64,000 bases of DNA, taken from Macrostomum lignano. Lineage: Eukaryota. The translations under genes and the position numbers were made by a program. Positions within the stretch are counted from its first letter, which is position 1. Each line of letters starts with the position of its first letter. The notes beneath the pieces were generated by a model. The model had not been told where the DNA came from and ran no database searches. It saw nothing but the letters and a program-made list of their open reading frames with translations. The DNA is taken from the NCBI GenBank assembly GCA_002269645.1, contig NIVC01003808.1, forward strand, positions 1 to 64,000, in the 5' to 3' direction. Positions 48,901-62,300 of the stretch are shown here, piece after piece.

Positions 48901-49479
48901 TTATGGCGGCTTCTGCTGGGCGTACCGATTGAAGTTGATTCGGCACTGGTGTCCTGCTTGAGGCCTAATGGGTCCTGGCTGGTTGCAGAAGAAGCAGTGA
49001 CCAGGTGTCGGCTCTGGCCTGATTCCACTGAATCTGTTCAGGCGGCGCGGTCTTGGCACTGACTGCTGCTGCTGCCCTGTCTTTGGTTCTAGGCTAATGT
49101 TCGTTAGCACGAAGGTCAAGGTCATTAGACACTCTACTAATGCATCAATTCCCTCTTTTCGGTTCTGCTGCTTCGGCTCAAATTCTTCGATTATTCGTCG
49201 CCTAATTTCCTGATACTGACTCTGCTCTTTTCTGTGACTGATTCGGCGTTTCAGTCCCTCTGGGATGTTTAGATTAGCAAAGAGAGCTTCCTTCTGTTTC
49301 TCGCCTGTAATCCCTTGGATTCTGCACTGCTGCTCAAACGTGTTCATCCACTGCCTAATGTTCTGACCAGGTGTGAACTTTTCTACTTGCACTTCAGCCT
49401 CCTTCGATCCTAACTTGAGATGTTTCCTCAGTTCCTCTGCCAGCATGGCGATGGCATCATTAGCCTGATTCTGATTCAT
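48901..49479 (-). CDS. Retrotransposon Gag-like protein, 192 aa, with degenerate zinc knuckle
   Basis: First ORF after the PBS; capsid-like VEKFTPGQNIRQWMNTFEQQC...QKEALF and CFFCNQPG knuckle start. Confidence 0.75.
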   Translation of the reverse strand: MNQNQANDAIAMLAEELRKHLKLGSKEAEVQVEKFTPGQNIRQWMNTFEQQCRIQGITGEKQKEALFANLNIPEGLKRRISHRKEQSQYQEIRRRIIEEFEPKQQNRKEGIDALVECLMTLTFVLTNISLEPKTGQQQQSVPRPRRLNRFSGIRPEPTPGHCFFCNQPGPIRPQAGHQCRINFNRYAQQKPP

Positions 49480-49567
49480 CTTCTCTCTATGAAAAACTTT
49501 TCAAATTATTCTTCGGAATTCTTCTGAATCTAGTTTTGAGAGTTCGCGCCGTTTCTCTAATCCTTAT

Positions 49568-49578
49568 CGCTGCCACCA
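49568..49578 (-). other. Primer-binding site TGGTGGCAGCG
   Basis: Two nt from the 5' LTR; complementary to the 3' end CGCUGCCACCA of eukaryotic tRNA-Leu (recalled sequence). Confidence 0.75.
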
Positions 49579-49580
49579 GC

Positions 49581-50324
49581 TGTGACAGGCCTTTTGGCTC
49601 TGTCTTTCTAAACTTCTAACTATTAGTGTTTATTAAATATCCTACGAGCTGCCACCAAAGTTGTTACAGGCCTTTCACCTCTTACTTTATCAATTTTAAT
49701 CCCACCGATTTGCCAACTACAGTTATCCTGATTATACTTGCTTTTACTCCCTAACTATTTCTTAGAATTTCATTTAAATATTTCTGGGTAGCGTTCTTAG
49801 TAGCGTTTCTGGTAGCTTATGGCTTGCTTTCTGGTAGCGTTCTAGTAGCTTATGGCCTGAGCGGTCTAGTACTGGTATATGTATTAGTGTATAGTCCTAA
49901 TCGGGCGTTCACCGAGACTAGAGGGTCACGGCGCCTCTCTTGGTATATCTCCAAGAATTAGTCCCAATTCCCTTCTCTTAGCAAATTTCTTAGAATCGTT
50001 TCACAGGTTTTGCAAATAAATAAGTCGCTATTTAGCTCAAAGACTTTGAAATGGTTTAGATTGAACTGCCTATTCTGTTCGCAATTATTTGCTCACGAGT
50101 AAAAGACAGTTAGAGTATATTTGTCGCGAAACCGCTCCTATATATAGTGATTTCCCCCACATACGATTAAAACAAAAAAATAATTCTCCAATTTATTTCG
50201 CGCATTAAAACAAACTATTATTTGGCGTTCGCGTAGATTCAGTTTCTAAGAAAGATTCGAATATACAGTTATTACATTGAAAGAACATTTGAGTATACTA
50301 TGATAAAGGCATAGCACTAGTACA
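49581..50324 (-). repeat. 5' LTR (744 bp)
   Basis: Followed on the minus strand by the PBS. Confidence 0.95.
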
Positions 50325-53300
50325 CTACATACATTTCATTGACAAATAATTTATAAAATCGCTTACTCGCACCTTCTGTTTCAAACAATATAACTAACAA
50401 TGCACCTTGCTATGCAAAGAAAAAAACTACATATTGATTTTGGGATTTATTTTCATTTTAATAGAAGTTTTGGCAATTGTCAAGTTCCATTCGTTAAATT
50501 ATTTTAACTCTAGAAAAGTATTATACAAACTGTTTTAAGTACAAATAACTACTTTTAAGAGACTTCAGTTTAATTAGGCACTAATTCTATGCTTTAAGTT
50601 CAAAACTTGTTGTAAATATAATATATCTGACATAGAAAAGCTGCAATAGTCTATGGCTAAAATGTTAACAAGTGAACAAGTCTTGATAGAAACAAATAAA
50701 AAGTATTATTATTGATGGTCAAACTGCCAATAAATAGCAAAAGCTTTAAAATATAGAATTAGTGCTTAATCAGGCTTGTCTCTTAAAAGTATTTATTTTT
50801 ACTTGAAACAATTGGTATAATACTTTTCTGGAGTCAAAATAATTTATTGAACAAAACTTGACAATTGCCAAAGTTTTTTATATTTGACTTTTATAGAAGT
50901 CATATATTGTAAGGCCTAATTATATATAGTAGTTGTTATTATTATAGTTACCATATAAATAGCAAAACTTACTTTTAGGGTCAACGCATAAGATACATCT
51001 GGGCCTAGGGTCTTTATTTAATGTAACTAGGTGTTAAAGAATATTGAATTTATCAAGATTTTTTACTCCAAGATTTTATATTTTTTCAACAATACAATAG
51101 TCAATATGAGATTTGATCAAGATTTTAAGATATATAGGCCTAATTCAAATTAGACAAAGCTAAAAAATTGAAACTAGGCTTACCCATATAACTTTAGTTA
51201 AAATCATAACCTTTAGTTCATAAAAAAACATAGATTTTTTAGTTCATCATTTTTCTTAATATGGCTTAATCCATTAATATGGATGACACTATAATAGGTT
51301 GATTTTTGGTATTAATTTGATCGAATTTGAATACAATCTACTTTGGTATAGCCACTTTGGTAACTGCTACTTTAGTAATAAAAAATGACCACTTTGGTAA
51401 TAGCCACTTTAGTAACTAAGTAGATTTATGACTACCAATACTATATTTTTATGGTAATTAAGTTTAGGAACTATTAGTTTAATAGTTAACATTTAAACTA
51501 TTTTATTGCCTAGTGTAGTTTAATTTTCTATTTAAACTAAATTATAATTTGTTTAAATTTGTGCATTACTTTATAACAAAAATTTAAAGGTGACAGAGAA
51601 CAACATGCCAATGTCCAGTTGAAAGTTGAAATATTAAAGTGAATAAATATAAAATTATAAATGAAAAAAGTAGATTTGGTCAACAAAGTTGCTAACTCAA
51701 AGATTCTAATATATATTATATTTGGTCAACAAGATGTCTTAGTTTGTACATGTATCTAGTGCACCTAGAAATTAAAATGAAATTTTTTTGTAGATTAAAA
51801 TATACATTGTTTTTAGCTTTAATCCAAATCTTCAAGTTTTCAAGAACCTATTAATCAATTGTTTTTTGTTGTTCTTTCTTTAAACTTTGTTTGTAAAATA
51901 TTTTTTGAGCATATCAATCAATATATACTGCTATTTCCACTTGTTATTGAAGTGGCTATTATCAAAATGGCTAAATCTAAATTATCTAAATATAACTGTA
52001 TAAATAGCAAAATTATTATTTTTATGGTCATCGTACATAGAAATCACAATGGCTATTTTTACAGTCATGAGGAAAAATATCATTTAAATTAAAATGTAAT
52101 AGTTAATATTTATCCATTGTATCAATTTGTTGATTTAACACATTTTTTTTTAAATTTAGTCACCTTATTGTTCTTATTTGCATTGTAAGCTTGTTATTTT
52201 ATTTAGATGATATTTATTTTTTAAGTGTTGACTGTAAAATAACTATCTCACTTTTATATAGTCACCATAATAATAACAACTGCTATTATATAAATAGGCA
52301 ATCTACAACTACAAAATTATATGTTTGTTTAATATTAATTTAGTATGAATTTTCTTAATAAAAGTAATAAAAGTTACATTTTGGCTAGCTACTTTCAAGC
52401 TGACTATGGTTTATAGAGAAATTTCAGCTGTGACTAAGCTACCAAGCTTTTATTTATAGAGTAATATAGCTTATAGAATTATATAAAATGTATTTTGGCT
52501 AGTTCATATAGTCCCTTTTGGAAAAAAGTTGTTAAATAGTAGATAGCTATCTAGCATATTTTCAGTATGACCCTGCAATGCAGTGCATTTTCTATTAGGC
52601 ACAGTGTGGTGTAGCACAGTAGGATACTTTGTGTGTAGTGCTTAGAATCTATATCAAAATGGTCATATACAAAATTGACAAAATGTCAAAACATCAAAAG
52701 TTGGCAACATTTTTGGTATGCTCTGCATAGTAGTGCTGTTTTATTAGTGTGTTACCATTGCCAAAGCAATGGAGAATGTTAAAAACCTTTATTGTTACAC
52801 CTTACTCCCAAATCTTATATATATGCTAGAAAATTCTGGCATGTAATGGGCATGAAAAAAATTGGTATAAAGTATCTGGCGTAAGACATAATCTGCCAGA
52901 ATATTGTACTGCAGAGCTGGTATATAGCATAGCTGTTTGCATACAAAAGACCAAAATGTCATAATGCAAGACAGGGTTCTATAGTCCTGACTCCTATCTT
53001 GTTGCAAAGCAGAAAAGTCCTTTATTGTTCCAATGACTTTTTGATAATGTCTGGCATATGTATCATGAGTAAATTTGTTTTCTGGCATAAACCCAAATTT
53101 ATAGTTTAGGGGATATGAAGTCTAGCTCCAAATGACTAAGAATAAGATTATTCAAGTGTGTGTATGAGCCTCGCAGGCTAGCTCAATCTTGGTTTGTAGC
53201 TTGTTGCTGGGGCACCAGGCCCCAGGGTTCTTTATTTATTTCTCTGCTTCCCAGCTTGGGGGAATAAAACCAGCAGGCCTATGCTTGTTGGGGGAAAAGG

Positions 53301-56300
53301 GTGCAGATAGACCAACTTGTGCATAGGACTTGGACATGCATTGGCTGTACAGTAATGACTGTAATTGCTAGACAAAGACATATGCCTGGTGGGAGTGCAA
53401 GTAACAGATAGACATTACAGAGGGGTCACACTTTCTAGTATACCATGTAACAGATTTGATAATATAGTTATTGCAATGCTTCTTGGGCCTAGTGCACACA
53501 CATAGTGACCTTGACCCTAGATACAACACATGTACCTTAGAGAATGACCCCATTGGTGCATTTTTGCAGGATCCTTGATGCATGTATATGCATTTTAAAT
53601 TTATTCCAAAAGGGTATATAGTAGTAGGAGTAAAGCCCAAGTTTGGGCCAAGCCTACATTTGAAAAGTGAAACACTGCAGCCTTGGATTGCATACTATCA
53701 AGGTACCTATTATATTAGAATTATGTCTAGTGGCTAAAGTTTGGACTGCTAATTGCCTGCTAGTTTCTTTAAGACCCAAGAGTTTATATTCTAGTGTACC
53801 AATACCTATGTATATTGCCTATAGCTAGGAAATAAAAAGCAAAAAGAGTATAAAAAAAAGGAAAAGCTAGAAAAGTATCATATAAAATCTCAAAAATGAA
53901 AATAAAGTTAGCAAAAAATATACAACTTGTAAAAGTTGGTTCAAAAGACATCTAAGCAGATTAGGAAAAAGCTAAAAACTAAGCAAATAGATGAAGCAAA
54001 GCAACTTTTTAGAGATGAAAAAAGGCCAAGAAGGCTAAGGATCATGATCTATAAAAGCTAAGACAAGAACTTGCTAGGAAAAGACCTAGGAAGCCCAATT
54101 GCAGCACATAAGCATTTTGGTAGATGGCATCCAATGTGGATCAGCCTGGCTTAGTGCACCATGGCATGGCAGCATGGTATAGAGCAGTGGGAGGCTAAAA
54201 AACATGAGGCACTTTCTCCTCCCCTATGCATTGTGCCACTGCGGCGCAGTTAGGGTGTGGGTGTCTAGAGCACCTAAGCTATGCGCTGCTAGGAAGACAA
54301 GAAAATTGTAGAGGCTATGTATACATATTAGGTTTGCTTAATTTTATTACTTTTAGGTAGAAATGCACTTTTGTTTGCAGAAGTAAAACTACAAAAAATT
54401 TAAATTTGTATTGAGGTTTTAGTAAATATCCATGCTAGTAGTTGTTTAGTACTTGTAAATGTCAAAACAAGTATGGCCCAAAAAAGACTATGCCTTACTC
54501 CCATCAATGGGGGTTATGATCATGGCTGAAATTTGGCAATCAAAACTGAATTATCTACAAGGCAAAAGCATCTTTTAGACCAAAAAAAGTGATTCTTTGT
54601 TTGAGTTTCTATGCTCAGTTTTTTTTCAATTTCAAAGCATTTGCTTAGATAGTTGGGTCTATATTGTTTTTAACCACTGCTCCAAATTACAAATCTAGTA
54701 TAATGAATATTACTTAAATCCACATTTATATAGGTAATTGGTAATTTAGTAATTTAGAAGATATTCAATAATTTATAAAAAAAATTGAAGAATACTTTTT
54801 AAAAATATTATTTAAAAATATTTGTTTAATAGTAATAATTATTATTAAAAGGTTAATAAAACATGAAAAAAAGTAAAACAAAATAATAAAAATATAAATA
54901 ATAATAATAATAAAATATTACTTTTAAATACTTTTTCTTTTTGGTTATGACTAGGATCTTGATTAAACAAGTTACAGTTTATTTGTAAAACAAACAACAA
55001 AACAGTTTCATTTTGTCTAAATAAACTACATATAACAACTTTTTTTCGATATGTTTTTTCTAGTATATGTTGTCTTTCTATATTTTATAATAAATAATAG
55101 TTTGAATGTTTTATGTTTTGACCCCAATTGTAGCTAATGGCCATTATTGCAAATAATATCTGATATAGATTGGCCCCTTACAGTGGCACAATGTGCAATG
55201 ATTTTGCACTGCATATGGTAATAGCATATCATGCAGGGTAGTGGCATAATGTATAGTTTGAGCACTAAGAAGGGGTGTCTTATACACCAAATTGCTAATC
55301 CTTGGGACTTGCACTAGTATAAGAAAGGGAAGGAAGGCATCTAGTATAGTTCAGACCTTAACTGCAATAGAGGTCACGATTATCTTTAACTAGAATTACC
55401 TTATTGCTATTCATCGTTATTGTATCAACAGTATTTCAAAAAATATGATTCAAACCTCTAATAAGAAGAAGGTTTTCATTTTATTTATCTTCTAAATTGG
55501 CCAACAGTATGTTTTAATAGATTAATATATTATTTCTCAACTGTTGACATGGTAATAATGTACTGTAGTTCTCATTATAAGATTTATTAAATATAAATAA
55601 AACATGAGTACAAATACATGAGAGAAAAAAGGAAAGTATTATTTGTAGTTATGCTTGCACTTTTATAATATTCAGTTGTAGGTATCACTAATATTAGGGA
55701 ATAACTTTGTTACATTATGTGAAATACCTAGCAGAGCTAGCCAATCTAGCCATATAGCAAGGGGCTTAGCCAATTTGTTCAGTTGGTATTTTGCATTTTT
55801 GGTCAAAAAGTAAGTTGCATGGCCAATATCAATTGGGAGGTTGCGCATATATGTATTTTTTTATGCAATAGTTTACTAGATATTTTTTTAGATTTGAACA
55901 TTGGTAAAAAAGAGTATTGGTATTAGCTAGGGGTTAGATAGATCTCAACCTCAAATGCATCTTTAATATCAAATCCCAATGTTAAATCTCAACTATCTTA
56001 TCTCATTTTCCTATTTTGGTCTCAATATTGTCTTAAAACATAAATAAAGTTGAGGTTTAAGATTTTATATCTATAGCTTTCCCTTGCTCTATTAACCACA
56101 TTCACCAACAGATACCACACCCATATACAGGCCTATAGTACACATTAGCAATCTAGTGCCCCCCTTTGGGTCACCCAAAAAGCAAGAGGCAAAATATTTA
56201 TGTGAATCCTATTTTCCTTGACACCTAAGCAATCTATATACTAATTTTGCGCTGTTTCGTGCGTGCGTGCGTGCGTGCAATTGATTTTTTCGAGAATGGC

Positions 56301-56869
56301 TCAACCGATTCTCTTCAAACTTGCACCATTCGATCAGAAATTTTCCTGGGATGGTGCATGCATCTTGGCTAAGAAATTGATTAATATTAAAGGGATGAAA
56401 TATTCGAAAAACATGATTTTTTGCAAAGGTCAAGCAGCTCTTTCGACCTGAAAGGCATTGTAAGAATGCTAGAGAAAAACCTGACTGACTGAATTTCAAT
56501 TCTGATAAAGATTGCATCACAGCAAGTTGAAAACAGTGCCAAAGAAATGCACACACGACTTGATTTAAATTGCGTAACCATACTGCTAACTTAAATTGAG
56601 ACTGATACTGGCTGACTGAGAAATTGATTATGTCATAACTTTTTACTCTAACCGATTTGCTATAATAATTGAATTATAAGGGCCACAATTCATGTTCTCC
56701 AATCGACAAGAGATAGCCTAGATGCGAGCAGACTGGACTGCTAATTCAGCGACCTGGGTTTGAATCTTAGTAGTGCAAAATAATTTTTTTATTAAAACAT
56801 CCTAAAAACAAAATGCTAAATATAAAAGAAGCACAAACAAAACAAGTCAAACAAAAGTGGCACCATTTC

Positions 56870-57400
56870 AAACATTAAAGGCCACCATGTCAAACATATA
56901 TGTGACTCCATTTCTAACATTAAAGAGCCACCATGTCAAACATATGTGACTCCATGTCTAACATTAAAGAGCCACCATATCAAACATTAAAGAGCCACCA
57001 TGTCAAACATTAAAGAGCCACCATGTCAAACATCAAAGAGCCACAATGTCGAACATTAAAGAGCCACCATGGAGAACATTAAAGAGCCACCGTGGAGAAC
57101 ATTAAAGAGCCACCAAGTCGAACATTAAAGAGCCACCATGTCGAACATTAAAGAGCAACCATGTCGAACATTAAAGAGCCACCATGTCGAACATTAAAGA
57201 GCCACTATGGTGAACATTAAAAAGCCATCCTTACAGACATTAAAGAGCCACCACGTCGAACATTAAAGAGCCACCATGTCGAACATAAAAGAGCCACAAT
57301 GTCGAACATTAAAGAGCCATCATTACAGACATTAAGGTGCCACCAGGTCAAACATTAAAGAGCCACATGTCAAACACAAAACAGCTACCATGTCAAACAT
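56870..57400. repeat. 23-bp minisatellite TCGAACATTAAAGAGCCACCATG inside the Helitron
   Basis: About 22 units. Confidence 0.92.
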
Positions 57401-57409
57401 AAATGGGGT

Positions 57410-57770
57410 GCCTACTATCTTGGAGTGCTTGCTATCTGGAGATGCGTGCTATCTGGGGATGCTTGCTATCTGGGGGTGCTTGCTATCTGGGGGTGCTTGC
57501 TATCTGGGGGTGCTTGCTATCTAAGGGTGCTTGCTATTAGGTGGATGCTTGCTATCTGGGGTCCCTGCTATCTTGGAGTGCTTGCTATCTGGAGATGCGC
57601 GCTATCTGGGGGTGCGTGCTATCTGGGGGTGCTTGCTATCTGGGGGTGCTTGCTTTCTAAAGGTGCTTGCTATTAGGTGGATGCTTGCTATCTTGAGGTG
57701 CTTGCTATTAGGTGGATGCTTGCTATCTGGGGTGCCTGCTATCTGGGGGTGCTTGCTATCTGGAGGGTTG
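57410..57770. repeat. 17-18 bp minisatellite TGCTATCTGGGGGTGCT inside the Helitron
   Basis: About 20 units. Confidence 0.92.
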
Positions 57771-58023
57771 CTGTCCTGGGATGTTTTCTTTTTGCATTGC
57801 ACTTCATTTGAGCAGGTTTTCTATTGTCTATGTGAAGGCTTTATTTGGCCTTTTTGATACTTGTAGAGAGCCAGAGATTGTATCTAGATGCCCCCCATTG
57901 GGGGGCGAAGATTGCTAGTCCCCCCTAAAAGCCTTGGCATTTCAATAAATATAAATATTCTATATAATAATTGAGTCAGTAAACAATTCACTTAAAAAAA
58001 TTATGTATAACAATGTATGTGTG

Positions 58024-58301
58024 AACATACATGCGCAACAGTCGGCCGAGTCGGCCGATCCGGCCGACTGATTTGGCAGCCAACCAAGGAAGTCGCAAAA
58101 ATGCCCACCCAAAAAATACCCACGCAGTAGTACTAAGTAGCTGACGAGGCATTTTTGCCTGATAAGACAGTCATAGTTACTCCCGCCGTTTACCCAAAGT
58201 TGCGTTAATTTTGCTTTAGGGTTTTTTTACATGTAAGTCGCATTTTTTGTTAAAACTAAGTCGCACGGCCGACCGAATTTTGGACGTTGCGCATGTATGT
58301 T
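58024..58301. mobile_element. MITE, 278 bp
   Basis: Perfect 16-bp inverted repeat AACATACATGCGCAAC (58024-58039 and 58286-58301) with subterminal TCGGCCGA motifs; TSD not identified. Confidence 0.7.
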
Positions 58302-59341
58302 ATATATTGTGATGATCAATATGCAATACAATGTACATAATGCTAGAAGGGCCAAAGCTCAAGCCGATTGGCTGCAGAGGACAGAAGAACTGATTGGAGT
58401 GGGGGTTTAAATATTGCAAGGGCCGAAGGGTTAAGTTGGCTGGCGGGAGAGAGAGTACATTGAACAGTGGGGCTGACAAGAGTGTGCAGCGCACGGGGAC
58501 AGCTCACAGTATGTATCTAATATTATTTTTTGCATACAAAGACTAAGTATATTATTGTAAATGGCAATAATATTATAGGTTAAATTAAAATAAAGACAAC
58601 AAAAACTAGGCTTATGTTTTATGATTGAAGACATTAGAGAAAAGGTAATTGTTGTGTCTAGTAACTGATGTATTTGTCTTGTTGCAGATTATCTCTTATG
58701 GCTGATATTGCTTTTTAATAAATGCACTTCATGTCCCCCTCCAAATGGGAACATCGGACAAGTATAGCAAAACAGTTAAATTATGTCAGTAAACAGTAAA
58801 TGCACGCCAACTAGGGTCAATCTTAGCTAGTTCATGCCATAGCAAGTTTATGGTGCAAATCTGTTAGGTTGCTGCCTAATGCGTGAGCTTCATCTCAGCG
58901 TAAACATTGGATGCTGTCCATTGTCATCCGGGGTCATTGCCGGTGTAGCAGTAATCTTAAAGAGAAGTTAATGGTTTTTTAGCTAATAAAATAACAAACC
59001 AATGTACAAGGTTTTTTATGATAAAATTTTTTTTATAATATTAAAGTTCTAAAGTACAGCATTGATTAAATGTTCAAAAATTATATTCTTTTAGTTAGGA
59101 TATCATTTTTAATTTTTTAAAGAAAATGCTTATCTACTTCTGTGGCTAAAGTTGCAGTATAAGAAACCTCTATAGGTTTATTAATAAAATCTCTATGACT
59201 CCTGACTGGTCCATGTTAAGCGAAACTTAGTGTACTTTTATTTATGCATGACTAAAACCGTCTTGCCAATCAGACAATCCGTCCATTGAAAGCCAACATT
59301 CGCTATCGATAGCAGCAGAACAATAAAGCCATTGTAAGGCC

Positions 59342-62300
59342 ATGCCAGACACTGCACAGCAGCAGCAGAAGGCCGCCAACGGTGCCAGCGGCAGCGGCGG
59401 CAAGTTCATCGACAGCGTCAACCCTGAAGATCCAGAATATCAACGCCAGATGATACGGCCAGCCGAGATCAAGGAGGACCTGACCCTCATGGATCAGCGG
59501 AAGCGAGTGTCTCTGATACTGAACTCCGAGGCCTTCAAGCAGGAGCTGGAAGAGATTATCCAATCCCAGTTGAAGTCTGGCGCCCATCCGGCTTCGCTAA
59601 TTGCGCTGCAGCAGATCTCCGACCTGCTGGTGCCGCACTCTGGCGGCGGAGGCCGCAGCGGCGCGCCGGCACCGGCTGGCCAAGTGGTGACGCCCGTCAA
59701 CGATATCCGATCCGTTGACGTGGCCGACTATGACAAAGGCGAGCGGCTGCTTCGCTGCAAGCTGGCCGCCGTCTATAGGCTGCTGGACATCAACGCCTGG
59801 TCCGCTGGCGGCCTGTCCAGCTTGGTTACTGTGAGTGACTGCGTGCTCTATACCCAAGAGTTGTCACTCATTTTTTAAGCTAAAACAGCCCCATTCTGAA
59901 GAATTGACCGTCAGGCCTCCTAAAGAATCGTCCCTCAGCCATAAAAAATCGGTCCTCAGCCATGAAAAATCGCCCCTCAGCCAAAAAGATCGTCCCTCAG
60001 CCATAAAGATCGTCCCTCAGCCATAAAGAATCGCCCCTCAGCCATAAAGAATCGCCCTCAGCCATAAAGAATCGCCCCTCGGCCACAAAGAATCACCCCT
60101 CATTCAAAGAGAGTCGCCACTCAGTCATCAAGAATCGCCCCTCAGTCATCAAGAATCGCCCCTCGGCCATAAAGTTCTTCCCTCGGCCACAAGGAATCAC
60201 CCTCAGTCAAAGAGAATCGCCCCTCAGCCATAAATAATCACCCCTCATTCAAAGAGAGTCGCCACTCAGTCATCAAGAATCGCCCCTCAGTCATCAAGAA
60301 TCGCCCCTCGGCCATAAAGTTCTTCCCTCGGCCACAAGGAATCACCCCTCAGTCAAAGAGAATCGCCCCTCAGCCATAAATAATCGCCCTCAATCATAAA
60401 GAATTGCCCCTTAGTCATAAAGAATCGCCCCTCAGTCATAAAGAATCGCCCCTCAGTCATTAAGAATCGCCCCTCAGTCATTAAGAATCGCCCCTCAGTC
60501 ATTAAGAATCGCCCCTCAGCCATACAGAATCATCCTCTGTCATCGTTCTCCTAAATAATTGCGCTAAAATCCTCAATCCCGCCCCTGCCTCCCGCCCTCC
60601 CAAACGCGCAGGCCCGCGTCAACAAGGAGACGCAGCACTTCCTGGTGGCCCCGCACGGCCTCCGCCATAGCGAAGTGACGGCCAGCAGCCTGGCTAAAGT
60701 CGGTCTGAATGGCGAGGTCGCCAACTCGGGCAGCTCGGTGTTCGGCGTCAACCAAACCGCCTGGTTGGCCGCGGCCGCGATTCACTCGGCCAGGCCGGAT
60801 GTCCGGTCGGTTGTCCAGCTGGCCACGCCGCGAGTTGTCGCCCTGTCCAACAGCCGGCGCGGCCTGCTGCCGCTGTGCATCGAGGCCTGCGTGCTGGGCG
60901 AGGCCGCCCTGGCCGAATCGGCCGATTCCGGCGCCATTAGCGCCGTATTGGCGCCAAACCATCGCATTCTAATAGTGCGCAATCGGGGCGCCTTTGCCCT
61001 AGGCGAAACCCTGGAAGAGGCCTGGATGTACGCCAGCCTGCTGGCCAGAGCCGCTGCCACTCAGCTGGTCTGTCTGCAGGCCGCAGGCGGCAACGTGGAC
61101 CAGCTGTTGCTGCCCAGCCCGGAGTCCGCCGCCCGCGCCTTCGAAGTCGGCAACCAAGCCGCCGGCGGGGTGAACCTGAAGACCGCCAGCGGGCACAAGT
61201 GGCGCCGAGGCGAGCTGGAGTTCGAAGCGGCGATGCGCCGCCTGGACTCCGAGGGCTACCGCACCGGCTACGCCTATCACGAGCCCAACGTGCGCACCGA
61301 GCGTCGGGTGAAACGACACGAGGACGTGGAAATTCCGCCATCCTCGTCCTCGTTTACGTACGTGTTCGACGGCGACGTGGAGCATTCGAAACTGGTGACG
61401 GCCAAGCAGGTGCTGGCGGCCGGGCAGCGCGGCCCGCACGGCGAATGGCTGACCACGCCCAACAGCTACCACCGCGAGGAGATCGAAGAGATCAACACGG
61501 ACAATCCGAAGAAGTTCACCAAATGGGTTCGCGACGGCCCCGATGCCAAGACGGCTGGCGGTACGCCGATAAAAATCAGCAACCCGAATCAGTTCGCGCC
61601 GCAGGGCGCCGATCCTAAGGAGTTCCGCAACCAGCAGCGCAAGGTAAAAAAGTGCAAATTCAATCTGAAAATTGGCCCAGGCTGTCGTTCGATTCGCAGT
61701 CAGGAAGGCCAGCCTTCAAGGTGCAGAGAGTTTAAAACGACGTTTCCTTTTATATTAGCTTTCCCAAGCTTTGATCATCAGGTGTTCTATCCAACCATTG
61801 TAAACAATGACTAGCTCAACGTGACGGCAGCATTCTCAGCTCTCAATTACAATGAATAAAACACAATAAACTAATGCAGGTCAAGGACCACTACTACAAG
61901 GACTCCAAGGATGCCGGGCCTCAGAGCCGACTGTTCAAAGACCAGCTGACCACTGACGAGGTCAGCCGCATGATGGAGGAAGGCCGCGCCAAGGCCGCCT
62001 CGGACGGCTCAGTAGTGGTCGGCGCCGCTAGCAAGGGCATCATCGCCAGGCAGCATCAGCACAATGCTCTGGTCTATCAAAATTATTATTCGCCTAATCC
62101 ATTCTCCGATGTCACGGATGAACAGTTGAACAACTACGAGGAGAGCGTGCTGGGCAAGAAGAAAGGCGGCGGCGGCACCACGGAGACGGAGACCGACAGC
62201 GAGGCCGAAGGCGGCCGCGCCAAGTCTCAGGCTGGCGCTAGCGAGGCGCCGCTGCCCAGCATACCGGAGGATCGGGCTAGCGCGCCCGGCGGCGCCAAAC

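Larger units (their letters stand above)
42732..50324 (-). mobile_element. Non-autonomous Ty3/gypsy-like LTR retrotransposon (gag present, pol absent)
   Basis: Two 744-bp TG...CA LTRs (42732-43475 and 49581-50324); I found 3 substitutions between them. 4-bp TSD CTAC (42728-42731 and 50325-50328), PBS and PPT in minus orientation. No RT (YxDD), RNase H or integrase core motif seen. Confidence 0.93.
41760..50455. mobile_element. Older ~1.1-kb element with ~150-bp imperfect inverted repeats, split by the LTR insertion
   Basis: The reverse complement of about 41760-41912 matches 42705-42731 joined to 50325-50455 (AAAATACTTACTCAC.AGCTACATAC...TTTCATTGACAAATAATTTATAAA...), roughly 80-85% by eye. 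Confidence 0.65.
56233..57918 (+). mobile_element. Non-autonomous Helitron, about 1.7 kb
   Basis: 5' A|TCTATATACTAAT followed by a (GTGC)n microsatellite and AACCGATT; 3' hairpin GCCCCCC-ATT-GGGGGGC (57890-57906), 8 nt spacer, then CTAG|T. The A-T target site has no TSD. Confidence 0.75.

Noticed and set aside
43490-49480. Autonomous retrotransposon or env gene
   Set aside because: No protease, RT, RNase H or integrase core motifs; the accessory ORF has no signal peptide or TM helix.
50460-56200. Short ORFs in AT-rich DNA (51859, 52795, 53368; also 38042-42727)
   Set aside because: AT-biased composition unlike the GC-rich true exons; no motifs or splice-consistent chain.
60573-61618. Antisense and alternative-frame ORFs overlapping the adducin, OLA1, SDF4, BACE and TASOR-like exons
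   Set aside because: Expected shadows of GC-rich coding sequence with no independent motifs.
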